Positions 1 to 10,129 of a stretch of DNA of 64,000 nt are shown here, in pieces. The stretch's first letter is position 1. Every line of letters begins with the position of its first letter. The notes below the pieces were generated by a model. The model was not told the DNA's origin, searched no databases, and saw only the letters and a list, made by a program, of their open reading frames with translations. The DNA comes from Nitrososphaerota archaeon (GTDB lineage: Archaea > Thermoproteota > EX4484-205 > JAAOZP01): positions 102,351 to 166,350 of the forward strand of contig JAAOZP010000009.1 of the NCBI GenBank assembly GCA_011605725.1. The letters are read 5' to 3'. Made by a program: the position numbers and the translations under genes.

Positions 1-1
1 T

Positions 2-874
2 TCAGAACCCTATGAGTATGCTGACCCCGGTTCAGCAGTGCTTGAGCTTGAAGTCAGGAGCTCTAGAGATGAGGAGAATGCTTTGAAGGCTGTGGAGAAA
101 GGCTTTAGAAAAATACTTGTGAAAACATCCGACTGGAAGGTTATTCCTTGGGAAAACCTAGTCGCTAAGCTGAGGGGCAGGGCTATGATTATTGCTGAGG
201 CTTCCAGCGTGGAGGAGGCTAAGCTCGCCCTCAGGGCTCTTGAGCTTGGGGTTGACGGTGTGGCTCTGAACATGCCTGTCCGAGACGCTTCAAGAGCTGT
301 GGAGGAGCTTAAGAGTATTGAAGCCATACTGAGTCTCCGGGAGGCTACTGTAGAGAAGGTTTCTGAGGCTGGTGTCGGGCTCAGAGCATGCATAGATGCC
401 TGCGACACCATGAATCCTGGGGAAGGCATGCTGATAGGAGCGTTTTCTTCAATACTTGTGCTTGTGGAAGCGGAGGTTGCTGAATCCGGGTTTACGAAGC
501 CGAGGCCCTTCAGGGTTAACGCAGGAGCAGTATCCCAATATGTTCTGTCAACTAAGGGTCTTTCACCCTACATCAGCGATCTTAAGTCTGGGGATATTGT
601 ACTGGCTGTTTCACGAACAGGTGAGGCTAGGCCTCTCACAATATGCAGGATGAAGGTTGAGAGGAGGCCTCTCAGGATGATTGAGGTCTGTTTAAACGGT
701 TCAACCGGGAAAGTGTTTCTGCAGGATGCTGAAACTATAAGGGTGGTGGCTCCAGAGGGCTCAACGAGCGTTAGAGACCTTAAACCCGGCGACAGGATTC
801 TTGCCTATGCTCAGGCAAGGGTTGGAAGACACTTCGGAACCCCTGTGGAAGGAGAGCTGATGCTCGAGTTTTGA
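2..874 (+). CDS. aroB': 3-dehydroquinate synthase II (archaeal DKFP route), 5' truncated by the window edge
   Basis: Motifs DWKVIPWENL, GLRACID, RPFRVNAGAV, KVERRPL, LQDAETIR and GRHFG. The frame stays open upstream of 38 to the window start. First visible gene of the aro operon. Confidence 0.92.
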   Translation, partial: SEPYEYADPGSAVLELEVRSSRDEENALKAVEKGFRKILVKTSDWKVIPWENLVAKLRGRAMIIAEASSVEEAKLALRALELGVDGVALNMPVRDASRAVEELKSIEAILSLREATVEKVSEAGVGLRACIDACDTMNPGEGMLIGAFSSILVLVEAEVAESGFTKPRPFRVNAGAVSQYVLSTKGLSPYISDLKSGDIVLAVSRTGEARPLTICRMKVERRPLRMIEVCLNGSTGKVFLQDAETIRVVAPEGSTSVRDLKPGDRILAYAQARVGRHFGTPVEGELMLEF

Positions 875-1551
875 GGCCTAGAATATGTGTTTCAGTGAAG
901 GCAGATAATGCTTCAAGGGTTTCGAGAGCCATCATGGTTGCCGAGAGGCTTGGCGCCAGCCTTGTTGAGCTCAGGCTTGACCATGCCGGTGAGAAGCAGT
1001 ATGAGGCTGTTTTGAAAACAGTAGAGTCGTCGCATGTCGGCTGCGTAGCCACGATAAGACCCAGCTGGGATGGCGGTGCTTATCATGGTGATGAAAGCAG
1101 GAGGTTAAGGCTTTTCGAAAAAGCTTTGGAAGCCCCCTTCAAATATGTGGATGTTGAGCAGAAATCCAAGATTGCCAGTATTGTTTCGAGACTCGCCTCA
1201 GAAAGGAGTATTGGCCTGATTCTTTCACGCCACGAGTGGGCCGGGACTCCGGGTGTGAAGACCCTTAGCAAAATTCTTTCAGAGATGAGGAAGAAGGATG
1301 CAGATATGTATAAGATTGTCACGAGGGTTAGGAGCCCATTGGACGAGGCGAACATACTGTTCTTCATCAGCAGTATCCGGGGAAGCAGGGTTGTTTGCTT
1401 CGGAATGGGGGAGGAAGGCTTAGTCACGAGAATACTTGCACCCTTGCTCGGAGGCTTCATGACTTATGCTTCCTACGGGGAGCCTCTTGCACCCGGTCAG
1501 CTGAACCTGAGGAGAATGGTCTCAATATACAGGAGAATGGGCGTATGGTAG
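871..1551 (+). CDS. aroD: type I 3-dehydroquinate dehydratase
   Basis: VELRLD, TIRPSWDGG, YVDVE, SRH, GMGEEG..TR and APGQ motifs; 4-bp overlap with the upstream gene. Confidence 0.93.
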   Translation: MRPRICVSVKADNASRVSRAIMVAERLGASLVELRLDHAGEKQYEAVLKTVESSHVGCVATIRPSWDGGAYHGDESRRLRLFEKALEAPFKYVDVEQKSKIASIVSRLASERSIGLILSRHEWAGTPGVKTLSKILSEMRKKDADMYKIVTRVRSPLDEANILFFISSIRGSRVVCFGMGEEGLVTRILAPLLGGFMTYASYGEPLAPGQLNLRRMVSIYRRMGVW

Positions 1552-2402
1552 GGTGGCTTCCAACCTCGGAGTCAAGACTCCTCTTCGTGATAGGAGACCC
1601 GGTTTCACATTCAGTGAGCCCGGCGATGCATAACAGGGCTATAAGAAGACTTGGCATAGACGCTGTCTACCTTGCTCTAAGAGTAACCGGCGAAATGCTC
1701 GGGTTCTTCGTCTCCCTTTGCAGGCTTAACAGGGTGCTGGGTTTCAACGTAACCATACCGCATAAGATTGCTGTAGCAAGCCTCGTCGACAGGCTGGACG
1801 ACTCTGCAGAGCTAACCGGCTGCGTCAACACGGTTAGGGTAAGAGAAGGGTTTCTCGAGGGTTTTAACACGGATGTGGCTGGGGTTGAGAAATCCTTGAG
1901 AAACGCTGGCTTCAAGGGTGGTGGTGTTGCGGCAGTCGTAGGCGCCGGCGGGGGTGCTAGGGCCGCTGTCTTAGCGTTGCTTTCAATGGGGTGCAGGGTG
2001 GTTGTGTTGAACAGGAGTCGTGCGAGGGCGCTTGAGCTGGAGAAACACTTCTCCGGAAAAGGCTTTAAGGTTGAGACGCTTGGTTTAGAGAATGCTCAAC
2101 GAGTGTTTAAGGAGGCTGACCTTATCGTTAACGCGACGCCAGTAGGCATGGGGAACAGTGTTGAAACGCCTTTCCCCGTAGAGTTCCTCAGAAGGGGTCA
2201 GACTCTTCTAGACATGGTTTATACCCCGCATCCTACAAGGCTCGTCAAGGAGGCTTCTGAAAAAGGGTTGAACGCTGTGCCCGGTGTCGAAATGCTTATT
2301 CACCAGGCTGCTGAAAGCTTCGAAATATGGTTTGGAATGAAGCCGCCCATGGAGGAGATGAGGGATGAAGCCTTAAGGAGGCTCAGGATTGAGCAGGGCT
2401 AG
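1545..2402 (+). CDS. aroE: shikimate dehydrogenase
   Basis: IGDPVSHSVSP, NVTIPHK, NTD, GAGGGAR, NATPVGM and DMVY motifs. Start reassigned to ATG 1545, which overlaps the aroD end. Confidence 0.95.
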   Translation: MVGWLPTSESRLLFVIGDPVSHSVSPAMHNRAIRRLGIDAVYLALRVTGEMLGFFVSLCRLNRVLGFNVTIPHKIAVASLVDRLDDSAELTGCVNTVRVREGFLEGFNTDVAGVEKSLRNAGFKGGGVAAVVGAGGGARAAVLALLSMGCRVVVLNRSRARALELEKHFSGKGFKVETLGLENAQRVFKEADLIVNATPVGMGNSVETPFPVEFLRRGQTLLDMVYTPHPTRLVKEASEKGLNAVPGVEMLIHQAAESFEIWFGMKPPMEEMRDEALRRLRIEQG

Positions 2403-3237
2403 GGTTCACGGTGCAGTAAGCATTGTCAACGCGATGGCGAATGGTCTTGGCGCAGCCCTAGGGGTTGGGCTTAGGGTTGAAGCAAGCTGCCGGCTGGTTG
2501 AGAAACCCGTGTTCAGAATACGCTCGGGAGGGAGGCTTCTCAAATCGGGCAGCCTGCCTGAGAAGGTTTGCAGACTAATACTCAGGGACTACGGTTTGCA
2601 GAAGGGCTGTGAGGTAAACGTTTACTCTGAAATACCTGCAAGGAAAGGGTTGAAGTCGAGCAGCGCCGTTTCCTCAGCAGTTGCCCTCGCATGCCTTAAA
2701 GAGGTTACTGGAGAAGCTGAACTCATGGAAGCAGTCAAGTACTCTGTTGAGGCAAGTATTCAGACAGGAGTGTCGGCGACGGGGGCTTTCGACGATGCTT
2801 CAGCATGCCTCCTAGGCGGGATGGTGGTGACGAATAATTTCGAGAGGAAGCTTATTGCGAGGAGAATTGTCGACAATAGTCTTAGGGTCATCATACTGAT
2901 ACCTCCAGGCGGAATGCTCAGCGGGAGGGTTGACACTAGTCTGTTCAAGCCTGTTGAACCCTTAATGAGGCTTGCCCACAGGCTGGCTTTAAACGGTGAG
3001 GAGTGGCTGGCGATGACTTTAAACGGGCTTGCTGTTTCAACAGCCCTCAGCCTAGATGCGAAGCCAGCCTTAGAAGCGTTGAAGAACGGTGCTATTGCCG
3101 CGGGTGTTTCCGGAAAAGGGCCTGCTGTGGCTGCCGTAGTAAGGCCTCAGGATGTTGAAGAAGTTGGTAAAGCCCTCTCAAGGTTCGGCAGGATTGTTGA
3201 AACAGGTGTGTGCAACGAGAATGCAAGCGTCGAGTAA
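2389..3237 (+). CDS. aroK: archaeal (GHMP-type) shikimate kinase
   Basis: GAVSIVNA, GLKSSSA, TGAFDDA and SGKGP motifs. Confidence 0.93.
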   Translation: MSRARVHGAVSIVNAMANGLGAALGVGLRVEASCRLVEKPVFRIRSGGRLLKSGSLPEKVCRLILRDYGLQKGCEVNVYSEIPARKGLKSSSAVSSAVALACLKEVTGEAELMEAVKYSVEASIQTGVSATGAFDDASACLLGGMVVTNNFERKLIARRIVDNSLRVIILIPPGGMLSGRVDTSLFKPVEPLMRLAHRLALNGEEWLAMTLNGLAVSTALSLDAKPALEALKNGAIAAGVSGKGPAVAAVVRPQDVEEVGKALSRFGRIVETGVCNENASVE

Positions 3238-4504
3238 CGTGTTAAAAGTTAAGGGTGGGCTGACTGGAAGCATCAGCTATATGGCTCCACCGTCGAAATC
3301 CTATTCTCACAGGAGCCTCCTGATATCAGCCGTCTCCAAAGGAGTTTCAAGAATAACCGGGGTCTCAAAATGTGACGATGTGGAAGCAACTCTGAGAGCA
3401 CTAAGCCTAATGGGCATACCTGTCTCAACACGCGGCGGGGAAATGCTTGTTGAAGGCGGGGAGCTCCAGAGTCCGGCGGGGGAAGTCTACTGCGGCGGCT
3501 CAGCCTCAACACTCAGAATGCTCGCGCCGGTTTTAGCAGCTAAATCCTCTTACGCTGTTTACACTGGTGACGAGAGCCTTAGGAGAAGGCCTGTCAGAAT
3601 GCTTGAGGAAGCATTCACCATGCTAGGTGTTGAAGCGAGCTCGGTGAACGGGAAGCCTCCTTTAAAAGTTAGGAGCAGCGGCTTCAAGAGTAACACTGTT
3701 CTCTTAGATGCTTCAGAATCCAGCCAGCATGTTTCAGGCTTCCTGATCGCCGGAGCCAGGCTTGAAAACGGGTTCCGCATTGTTTTGAAAAACAAGGTGC
3801 TCGTCTCAAAGCCTTACGTGGACCTTACTCTGAGAATGCTTCGTATGCACGGGGTTGAAACACGCGTATGCGAAGATTCTATAACGGTTGAACCCGGATC
3901 GCTTAAGCCTTTTAACCATACTGTTCCAGGCGACTATTCTCTTTCAGCAATACCATTAGTCATGGCGGCGGTTTCAGGCATTACTGTTAAGATTCATGGG
4001 CTGGTGGATGAGCCTCAGCCAGATAGAGAGGTTGTTGAAATACTCAGGCGCATGGGGCTTAAAATATGCTGGTCGGGCAATACGCTTATAGCTGAGAACA
4101 CTGGCCTCCTAAAAGCATGCGTAATAGACTGCTCGGGAAACCCGGATCTTGTTCCGGCTCTAGCGCTTGCCGCGACAGCGGCGGAGGGTGAGACGGTTCT
4201 GAGTAACGTTGGCAGGCTTGAGGCGAAGGAGTCGGCGAGGGCGACACTGATCACTAGGGCTCTTTCAAAAATGGGTGTGAAAATTTTTTTCAACGGCAAC
4301 AATATTCTGGTTAAGGGACCCTGCAGGTTGAGGGGTGCAACTGTTGACGCTGGCAGCGACCACAGGATAGAAATGATGCTCATAATGGCTGGGGCTGCGG
4401 CTGAGGGTGAGACAACCATACTCAACGCGGGCTCAGTCTCAAAGTCTAACCCTGGTTTTTACAGCTGGGTCTTAGAGACGGGAGTTGACCTTAAATGGGT
4501 TTAA
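3221..4504 (+). CDS. aroA: EPSP synthase
   Basis: PPSKSYSHR, LRRRP, SSQ, KPYVDLT, PDL, KESAR, DHRI and KS.P.F motifs. ATG 3221 preferred as start. Confidence 0.93.
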   Translation: MQASSNVLKVKGGLTGSISYMAPPSKSYSHRSLLISAVSKGVSRITGVSKCDDVEATLRALSLMGIPVSTRGGEMLVEGGELQSPAGEVYCGGSASTLRMLAPVLAAKSSYAVYTGDESLRRRPVRMLEEAFTMLGVEASSVNGKPPLKVRSSGFKSNTVLLDASESSQHVSGFLIAGARLENGFRIVLKNKVLVSKPYVDLTLRMLRMHGVETRVCEDSITVEPGSLKPFNHTVPGDYSLSAIPLVMAAVSGITVKIHGLVDEPQPDREVVEILRRMGLKICWSGNTLIAENTGLLKACVIDCSGNPDLVPALALAATAAEGETVLSNVGRLEAKESARATLITRALSKMGVKIFFNGNNILVKGPCRLRGATVDAGSDHRIEMMLIMAGAAAEGETTILNAGSVSKSNPGFYSWVLETGVDLKWV

Positions 4505-5589
4505 ACACTCTAGGCCGGCTGGTCGTGTTCAGCTTCTTCGGGGAAAGCCATGGGCAGCTCGTAGGCTCGCTTATACAGGGTTTTCCAGCTGGCTTAAGGG
4601 TTGACGAGGACAGGATTAGACTCAACCTTTCCCGCAGAAGAGCCGGATACGGCTCAACAACGAGGATTGAGGAGGATTCTTTTGAAATCCTCAGCGGAGT
4701 TTTCAAAGGCTTCACTACCGGGGCTCCACTGCTCATAGTTGTTTGGAACACTGAGGCTGACCAGGGTTTCTACGAGAGGGTCAAGACCACTCCCAGGCCG
4801 AGTCACGTCGACTATCCTTACAGGGTGAGGTATGGAGGCTTCAACGACTATAGGGGAGGAGGCTTCTCCTCCGGAAGGTTTACTGCAGGCTGGGTTGCAG
4901 CAGGCTCGCTCGCAGCCCAGCTTCTAGAGAGAAAAGGAGTTAAAATATATGCGCACGTAACCAGGATAGGTGGGGCCAGCTATAGGGGTGAGCCGAGCGA
5001 GGAGGATTTGAAAAAGGTTTACGAGTCCCCAGTAAGGTGCGTAGACCCTGATGCTTCAAGGATGATGATGAGGGAGATAGACGAGGCTTTACGTGAAAGA
5101 GATAGTGTAGGAGGAGTTGTGGAATGCAGGATATACGGTGTGCCACCGGGAATTGGAGACCCGCTTTTTGAAGGGCTCGACGTGGAGCTTGCGAGAGCAG
5201 TGATGTCCATCCCTGGTGTTAAGGGAGTGGAGTTCGGCAGGGGTTTTGAAGCCTCCTGCATGAGGGGAAGCGTGTTCAACGATGAGCTTACCGTCAGGGA
5301 TGGGAGGATTGAGGTTGCGGGTGTCAGCGACGGCGGTGTTGTCGGCGGTGTTTCAACGGGAAGCATGATAGTTTTCAGAGCAGCTTTTAAGCCTACCCCA
5401 TCCATAACGAGGGTTCAGCGCACGGTTAACCTTGAGGAGATGAGGAGTGTCAACCTGGATCTCTCGGGAGGAAGGTTCGACGTCTGCATCGCTCCCAGGG
5501 CTGTTCCAGTGGTTGAAGCAGTCTCCGCAATGGTTCTCATAGACCATTACGCTAGAGCCGGCCTAATCGGAAGGGTGGTTAAGGATTGA
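4495..5589 (+). CDS. aroC: chorismate synthase
   Basis: GESHG, RPSHVD, SSGR, DSVGG and FKPTPSI motifs. Confidence 0.96.
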   Translation: MGLNTLGRLVVFSFFGESHGQLVGSLIQGFPAGLRVDEDRIRLNLSRRRAGYGSTTRIEEDSFEILSGVFKGFTTGAPLLIVVWNTEADQGFYERVKTTPRPSHVDYPYRVRYGGFNDYRGGGFSSGRFTAGWVAAGSLAAQLLERKGVKIYAHVTRIGGASYRGEPSEEDLKKVYESPVRCVDPDASRMMMREIDEALRERDSVGGVVECRIYGVPPGIGDPLFEGLDVELARAVMSIPGVKGVEFGRGFEASCMRGSVFNDELTVRDGRIEVAGVSDGGVVGGVSTGSMIVFRAAFKPTPSITRVQRTVNLEEMRSVNLDLSGGRFDVCIAPRAVPVVEAVSAMVLIDHYARAGLIGRVVKD

Positions 5590-6662
5590 GCATTGAGGAG
5601 CTGAGAAGAATGATGGATAAGGTTGACGAGAAAATTGTCGACGCTATTGCTGAAAGAATAAGGGTTGCGAGAATGATAGGTGTAGAGAAGAAGAGACGGG
5701 GGCTTCGCGTGGTTGACGAGAAGAGGGAGAAAGAGGTTTACAAGCATGTTCTCGAAAAAGCCTCTGCGAAACGTTTAGACCCAAAGCTGGTTGAAAAGGT
5801 TTTCAGCATTCTCATAGACTACAGCAGGAGGATCCAGGGATTTTTTAAAGTCGCCTACCTGGGGCCGGGAGGCTCGTTCACGATGGAGGCTGCTGAGAAA
5901 TATTTCTCAGGGAAGCCTTACGCTCTCCAGCCCTACCCTACGATTAGAAGCGTGTTTAAAAGCGTTGAGGAGGATGAGGCAGACTACGGGGTTGTGCCTG
6001 TTGAAAACAGCCTGGAGGGCCCTGTTTCCGAGACTCTTGACTGCCTAGCCTCCTCCAGCCTCAGCATCGTTGGCGAGGAGGTTTTGAAAATAGCGTTCCA
6101 CCTTTCATCAAAGGAGAGGAGGCTTGAAGACGTTAAGATTGTTTTCTCCAATCCTCACGCGCTCGCACAGGTCAGGATGTTTCTAGACAGGGTTATGCCC
6201 GACGCAAGGATAAGGGAGGTTTCAAGCACTTCTAAAGCTGCCTTGATGGCTGCTAAAACCAGGGGTGGGGCTGCAGTGTGTTCCGAGGCTGCTGCAAGAG
6301 AATACGGCTTAAGAATCTTAGCTAGAAATATTCAAGACGAGCGGGAGAACTATACTCGCTTCCTAGTCCTCTCCAGAGAAGCCTCTGAAAGGTTTAAGGG
6401 TGCTGCGAGAACAATGCTGATAATGATTCTTGAGCATAAGCCCGGTTCACTCTACAGGGCTCTCGGAGTGTTCGCGAAGCATGGTTTAAACCTGACTAGA
6501 ATAGAGTCTAGGCCTGTCAGGGGAAAACCATGGGAATACATGTTTCTAGTAGAGTTTGAAGGCGCTTCTTGGGACCCTGGTGTGCGCAGGGCGCTGGAGA
6601 AGCTTAAGCGTAAGGCTGTGGAGACCAGGCTACTCGGCTCCTACAGGCCTGCTGGACACTAG
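5586..6662 (+). CDS. pheA: bifunctional chorismate mutase / prephenate dehydratase with ACT domain
   Basis: N-terminal AroQ helix (LRRMMDKVD..R), AYLGP.GS, PVENS, NYTRF and IESRP motifs. Confidence 0.95.
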   Translation: MSIEELRRMMDKVDEKIVDAIAERIRVARMIGVEKKRRGLRVVDEKREKEVYKHVLEKASAKRLDPKLVEKVFSILIDYSRRIQGFFKVAYLGPGGSFTMEAAEKYFSGKPYALQPYPTIRSVFKSVEEDEADYGVVPVENSLEGPVSETLDCLASSSLSIVGEEVLKIAFHLSSKERRLEDVKIVFSNPHALAQVRMFLDRVMPDARIREVSSTSKAALMAAKTRGGAAVCSEAAAREYGLRILARNIQDERENYTRFLVLSREASERFKGAARTMLIMILEHKPGSLYRALGVFAKHGLNLTRIESRPVRGKPWEYMFLVEFEGASWDPGVRRALEKLKRKAVETRLLGSYRPAGH

Positions 6663-6742
6663 GCTTCACAGGGTTTAGAAGACTGTCAACACGTCTTTTC
6701 CAAACCGTCTGAAGACTTTAGACACGATGTTTTTATATTCCT

Positions 6743-7525
6743 ATGGCTGGTTTAAAGCTCGTGGCGGAGGACGGCCTTGAGAAGGTTATACTGGCCCTCT
6801 CATACGGTAAGAGGAGAGCCCTGCTGATGAAGCTAGGGGAATCCGGTCCGATGAGCATTAAGGATCTTAAAAGGGAGCTGGGCCTGAGCACGGGCAGCCT
6901 CTACCATAATCTTCTCGCCCTCGGAGAGCTCGTTGAGCAGACCAGCGATAAGAAGTATGTTTTAAGCGAGCAGGGCATGAGAGTCTACTCGGCTTTGAAA
7001 TCAGGATTATTACCGCCTCCAACATCCGGGGAGCTTCCAAGGGTTTTTGAAACACTCGTGCCAGTATGGTTCTTCACAGGAATGCCGAGCAGAATGATGA
7101 CGCCGATGGCTACGTTAATAGTGCTCAGCCTCTCAGCGTCAAGCCTCTACACTAAGATGGGCATCGCCCTCCTGATCCCGGTTGCCAACGTAAGCTTCTC
7201 GTCAACACTGGGCAGCGTCGCCCTAAGCCTATTATTAGCCTACCTTATCCCGAGAACGGTTTTCCAGAAGAGGACTGTTGAAACAGGCTTCCTGACAGCC
7301 CTACCGTTCTGCTTTCTTCCTCAACTTTTTTTCAGCCTGATCCTGGTGGTTTCAAACCCGCCCAGCATAGTAACAGGGCTTATTCAAATAGTCTCCGGAG
7401 GCTTAAGCGCCCTCCTGCTTTCAGCAGCAATAGTATGCTGGTTTAAGGCAAGCCCCCAGGCAGCGATGCTCTCCTCATTCCTAATGCTGTATTTAGGAGC
7501 AGCTATTCAACAATTCATGGCTTAG
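6743..7525 (+). CDS. ArsR-like winged-HTH protein with C-terminal multi-pass membrane domain
   Basis: R..LL..L...GP.S..DL...LGLSTGSLYHNL HTH followed by about 5 hydrophobic segments. Confidence 0.75.
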   Translation: MAGLKLVAEDGLEKVILALSYGKRRALLMKLGESGPMSIKDLKRELGLSTGSLYHNLLALGELVEQTSDKKYVLSEQGMRVYSALKSGLLPPPTSGELPRVFETLVPVWFFTGMPSRMMTPMATLIVLSLSASSLYTKMGIALLIPVANVSFSSTLGSVALSLLLAYLIPRTVFQKRTVETGFLTALPFCFLPQLFFSLILVVSNPPSIVTGLIQIVSGGLSALLLSAAIVCWFKASPQAAMLSSFLMLYLGAAIQQFMA

Positions 7526-7642
7526 CCTACATTTGTAAAGGAATATCTAAAAACCTTTGGAGCATGTTAATCCGCGCCAGTTAAGCGTGTCGCCATACTT
7601 CTTAACGCTGCTCGACAAAAGCATGTGAAGCAGCTTACACGC

Positions 7643-8461
7643 CTACTCCTTAAGCTTCTTAACATACTCGTGAAGAGGCTCCAGAATAACTATTCCCTCC
7701 AGAGGCTTAATCTCATACACGTAAGGCGTTAAATCAACCCTAGTCCACCTTAGCTTCCTAACCATGAGAGTCCTCAAATTCCTGTTTTCAACACTGGTTA
7801 TCGACAGCTTAATGATTCCTGAGGAGAGGAACTCTTCCACTCCAAACCTGCTTAGAAGCCCACTGCCAGTAGGAACCTCGCTGGTTATGATAGTGGTGCA
7901 TCCGAGAAACTTTTCCACGGCAGTGACGAAACCCCTTATGAAGTCCCTCGTCCAGGAAACGTCGACAACCTCTCCGACGAGCGGTGCAACAGGATCTATG
8001 ACGAGCCTCTTAGCCCCTATTTCTGAAACATGCCTCTTAAGCTCCTTAACGATCTCCCTCACAACCTCAGCCATAAACTTCTCCCTCGTAACCTCGGCGA
8101 AGAAGGGCCTAGCATCCAGTATTCTAAGCATGTTTCTCCTCATCGGCGTCTCAAGATCCCAGCCGAGCGTCAAAGCTCCCTCAACAGTGCCCTCAACAGT
8201 CTCGTCGAAAGGAACGTAGACACACGGCTCACCTATTTCAATACCCTTCAGAATGAACCTGAGGCTGAAAATAGTTTTACCCGTGCCGGTTTCACCGGCA
8301 ACCAGGTACGTCTTACCCCTCAACAGGCCCCCGTCAATAATCTTGTCTAAACCAGTTATGCCGGTCGGGGTTCTCAAAGAGTATTCTTGAGCATGCTCCT
8401 CTTCAGCCTCCTCGACCGGCGGCGGAGGCAGATTCTCATCCTCCTTCCTTCTTATGAGCAT
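7643..8461 (-). CDS. KaiC/RAD55-family RecA-superfamily ATPase
   Basis: TGITGLD..IDGG, Walker A GETGTGKT, RLVIDP, EEFLSSGII and R.L.VRK.R motifs. Confidence 0.9.
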   Translation of the reverse strand: MLIRRKEDENLPPPPVEEAEEEHAQEYSLRTPTGITGLDKIIDGGLLRGKTYLVAGETGTGKTIFSLRFILKGIEIGEPCVYVPFDETVEGTVEGALTLGWDLETPMRRNMLRILDARPFFAEVTREKFMAEVVREIVKELKRHVSEIGAKRLVIDPVAPLVGEVVDVSWTRDFIRGFVTAVEKFLGCTTIITSEVPTGSGLLSRFGVEEFLSSGIIKLSITSVENRNLRTLMVRKLRWTRVDLTPYVYEIKPLEGIVILEPLHEYVKKLKE

Positions 8462-8882
8462 GCTTCAGCCTAATAGGAGAACGTTTAAATGTCTTTTTCA
8501 ACCTCCGTTACCCGGTGTAAACATGCTATTTCTCCAAAGACTCGGTGAAGCGAAACTTTCTCTGGACTTTAAAGGCCTTTCTTGAGTTGCTGAAAGCGAT
8601 ACTCAAAAATATTTCTGGAAACATTCGCGGGCTGCTGAGAAACGTTTTCCTAGAACGCGTGGAGCTCCGTTTAGAAACCTGTTAAGCAGGAAGCTGAAAG
8701 CATAGCTAGAGAAACATGGCTTATCTAACGGATACTGGGTTAACAAAAATCTACGGCTCGCTTGAGTGTGCGTTAAGCAGGTTGATAGGGATCACGCGCC
8801 CTTAGCGACCCTCAGCACCATCCTTATCTTTTCAATCATAAAACATCTACGCTTAAATAGCTAAGCGAGCATTATCGGGCAG

Positions 8883-9725
8883 ATGAATAATCTGAGGGAG
8901 GAGTTCATAGAGCTTCTGGAGAAAGATAAGGAGTTCCGTTACGCAGTTGCAGGCTACTTAGGATTATCTGAGATTTTGAAGAGGCTGGACAGGCTGGAGG
9001 AGGGTCAGAAAGGGCTTTGGGAGAGCCAGAACAGGCTTTGGGAGAACCAGAACAGGCTTTGGGAAGAGGTTAAGGCCCTTAGAGAGGGCCAGGAGAAGCT
9101 GTGGGAAAGCCAGAATAAGCTTTGGGAGGAGGTTAAAGCCCTTAGGGATGGCCAGAACAAGCTGTGGGAGGAAGTTAAGAGTTTGAGAGAAGGCCAGAAC
9201 AAGCTGTGGGAGGAAGTTAAGAGTTTGAGAGAAGGCCAGAACAAGCTGTGGGAGAACCAGAACAGGCTTTGGGAAGAGGTTAAGGCTTTAAGGATTAACT
9301 ATAGGCGGTTGGATAGGACGGTGGAGTCCTTAAGGGACTCGATGGTACACGGGTTCGGCGAGTTAAGCAGGTTCGCCGGCTTGACTTTCGAGGAGTTCGC
9401 CAGAAGATTCCTATCTCAATACTTGAGGAGTATGAACGTTATTCCAAAGGATGCGGAGTTGAAGAAGGCGGTTATCGACGGTGAGGAGATAAACATGTTT
9501 TTCGAAAACCCTCTCATCGTCGGGGAGGTAACATCCCATGCTGAAAGCCTTGAAGAAGTCGATAAGCTTATGAGGAAAGCCGAGGCTGCTAGAAGCAAGT
9601 ATAAGAGGGAGCCGTTGAAATACCTAGTAGTCTTAACGGCTGGAAGAGAAATCGCGAAGGAAATAAGGAAAAAGGCAGAGGAGAGCATGATTGAACTGAT
9701 AATTGGGAAAGAGATAGAAGATTAA
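8883..9725 (+). CDS. coiled-coil repeat protein with C-terminal PD-(D/E)xK-like domain (DUF3782-type architecture)
   Basis: LE.D.EFRYAVAG.LG N-terminus, GQNKLWE/EVKALRE heptads, C-terminal DGEEIN...GEVT. Confidence 0.75.
   Translation: MNNLREEFIELLEKDKEFRYAVAGYLGLSEILKRLDRLEEGQKGLWESQNRLWENQNRLWEEVKALREGQEKLWESQNKLWEEVKALRDGQNKLWEEVKSLREGQNKLWEEVKSLREGQNKLWENQNRLWEEVKALRINYRRLDRTVESLRDSMVHGFGELSRFAGLTFEEFARRFLSQYLRSMNVIPKDAELKKAVIDGEEINMFFENPLIVGEVTSHAESLEEVDKLMRKAEAARSKYKREPLKYLVVLTAGREIAKEIRKKAEESMIELIIGKEIED
9003..9290 (+). repeat. intragenic 21/42-bp tandem repeats
   Basis: GGCCAGAACAAGCTGTGGGAGGAAGTTAAGAGTTTGAGAGAA exact at 9150-9191 and 9192-9233, partial third copy, and degenerate flanking units. 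Confidence 0.9.
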
Positions 9726-10129
9726 ACATTCACTCCGTATTTATTTTCATCATGGAATGAGAAACACGTCGGCTTTTTTCTAAGGTTCTTCCAAAGTATG
9801 TTTGCGCGAGGCCTCTTCGCGAAGCATGGAGGATGTCTAATTTTGATGCACGGGTTTGTTTCTCATCGTGGAAAACTTGTTTGAAGCATTTAAGTCTTGG
9901 CGCAATATCTTTTTTAAGGCGTGCTGATTGAAATCGCTTCCAATGTGAAAGACTTACGTTTCCACGTTTAAAAGAAAGACCCGGTTTTTGCGCATGCACA
10001 GGTGGTGCAGGCCAAACCCGGAAACTAAGCGGTTCTACTCTTGCAGGCGCTCCATGGTGAATGGAGGTGAAGCGTGCTAATAAGGACTTGTTGAGAAAAG
10101 GTTAAATAGTAATATGGTCTTTTTCCCAC

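Noticed and set aside
6664-6714. Imperfect hairpin after pheA (and similar ones near 9981-10022 and 28859-28904) as ncRNAs
   Set aside because: No shared sequence, K-turn or promoter support; could be chance or terminator-related.
9003-9290. Possible CRISPR array from regular repeats (also 34263-34556)
   Set aside because: Units are in-frame 21/42-bp coding repeats without unique spacers, and there are no cas genes in the window.
9730-9999. 89-aa minus-strand ORF
   Set aside because: No motif, atypical composition, and it lies in decayed intergenic DNA.
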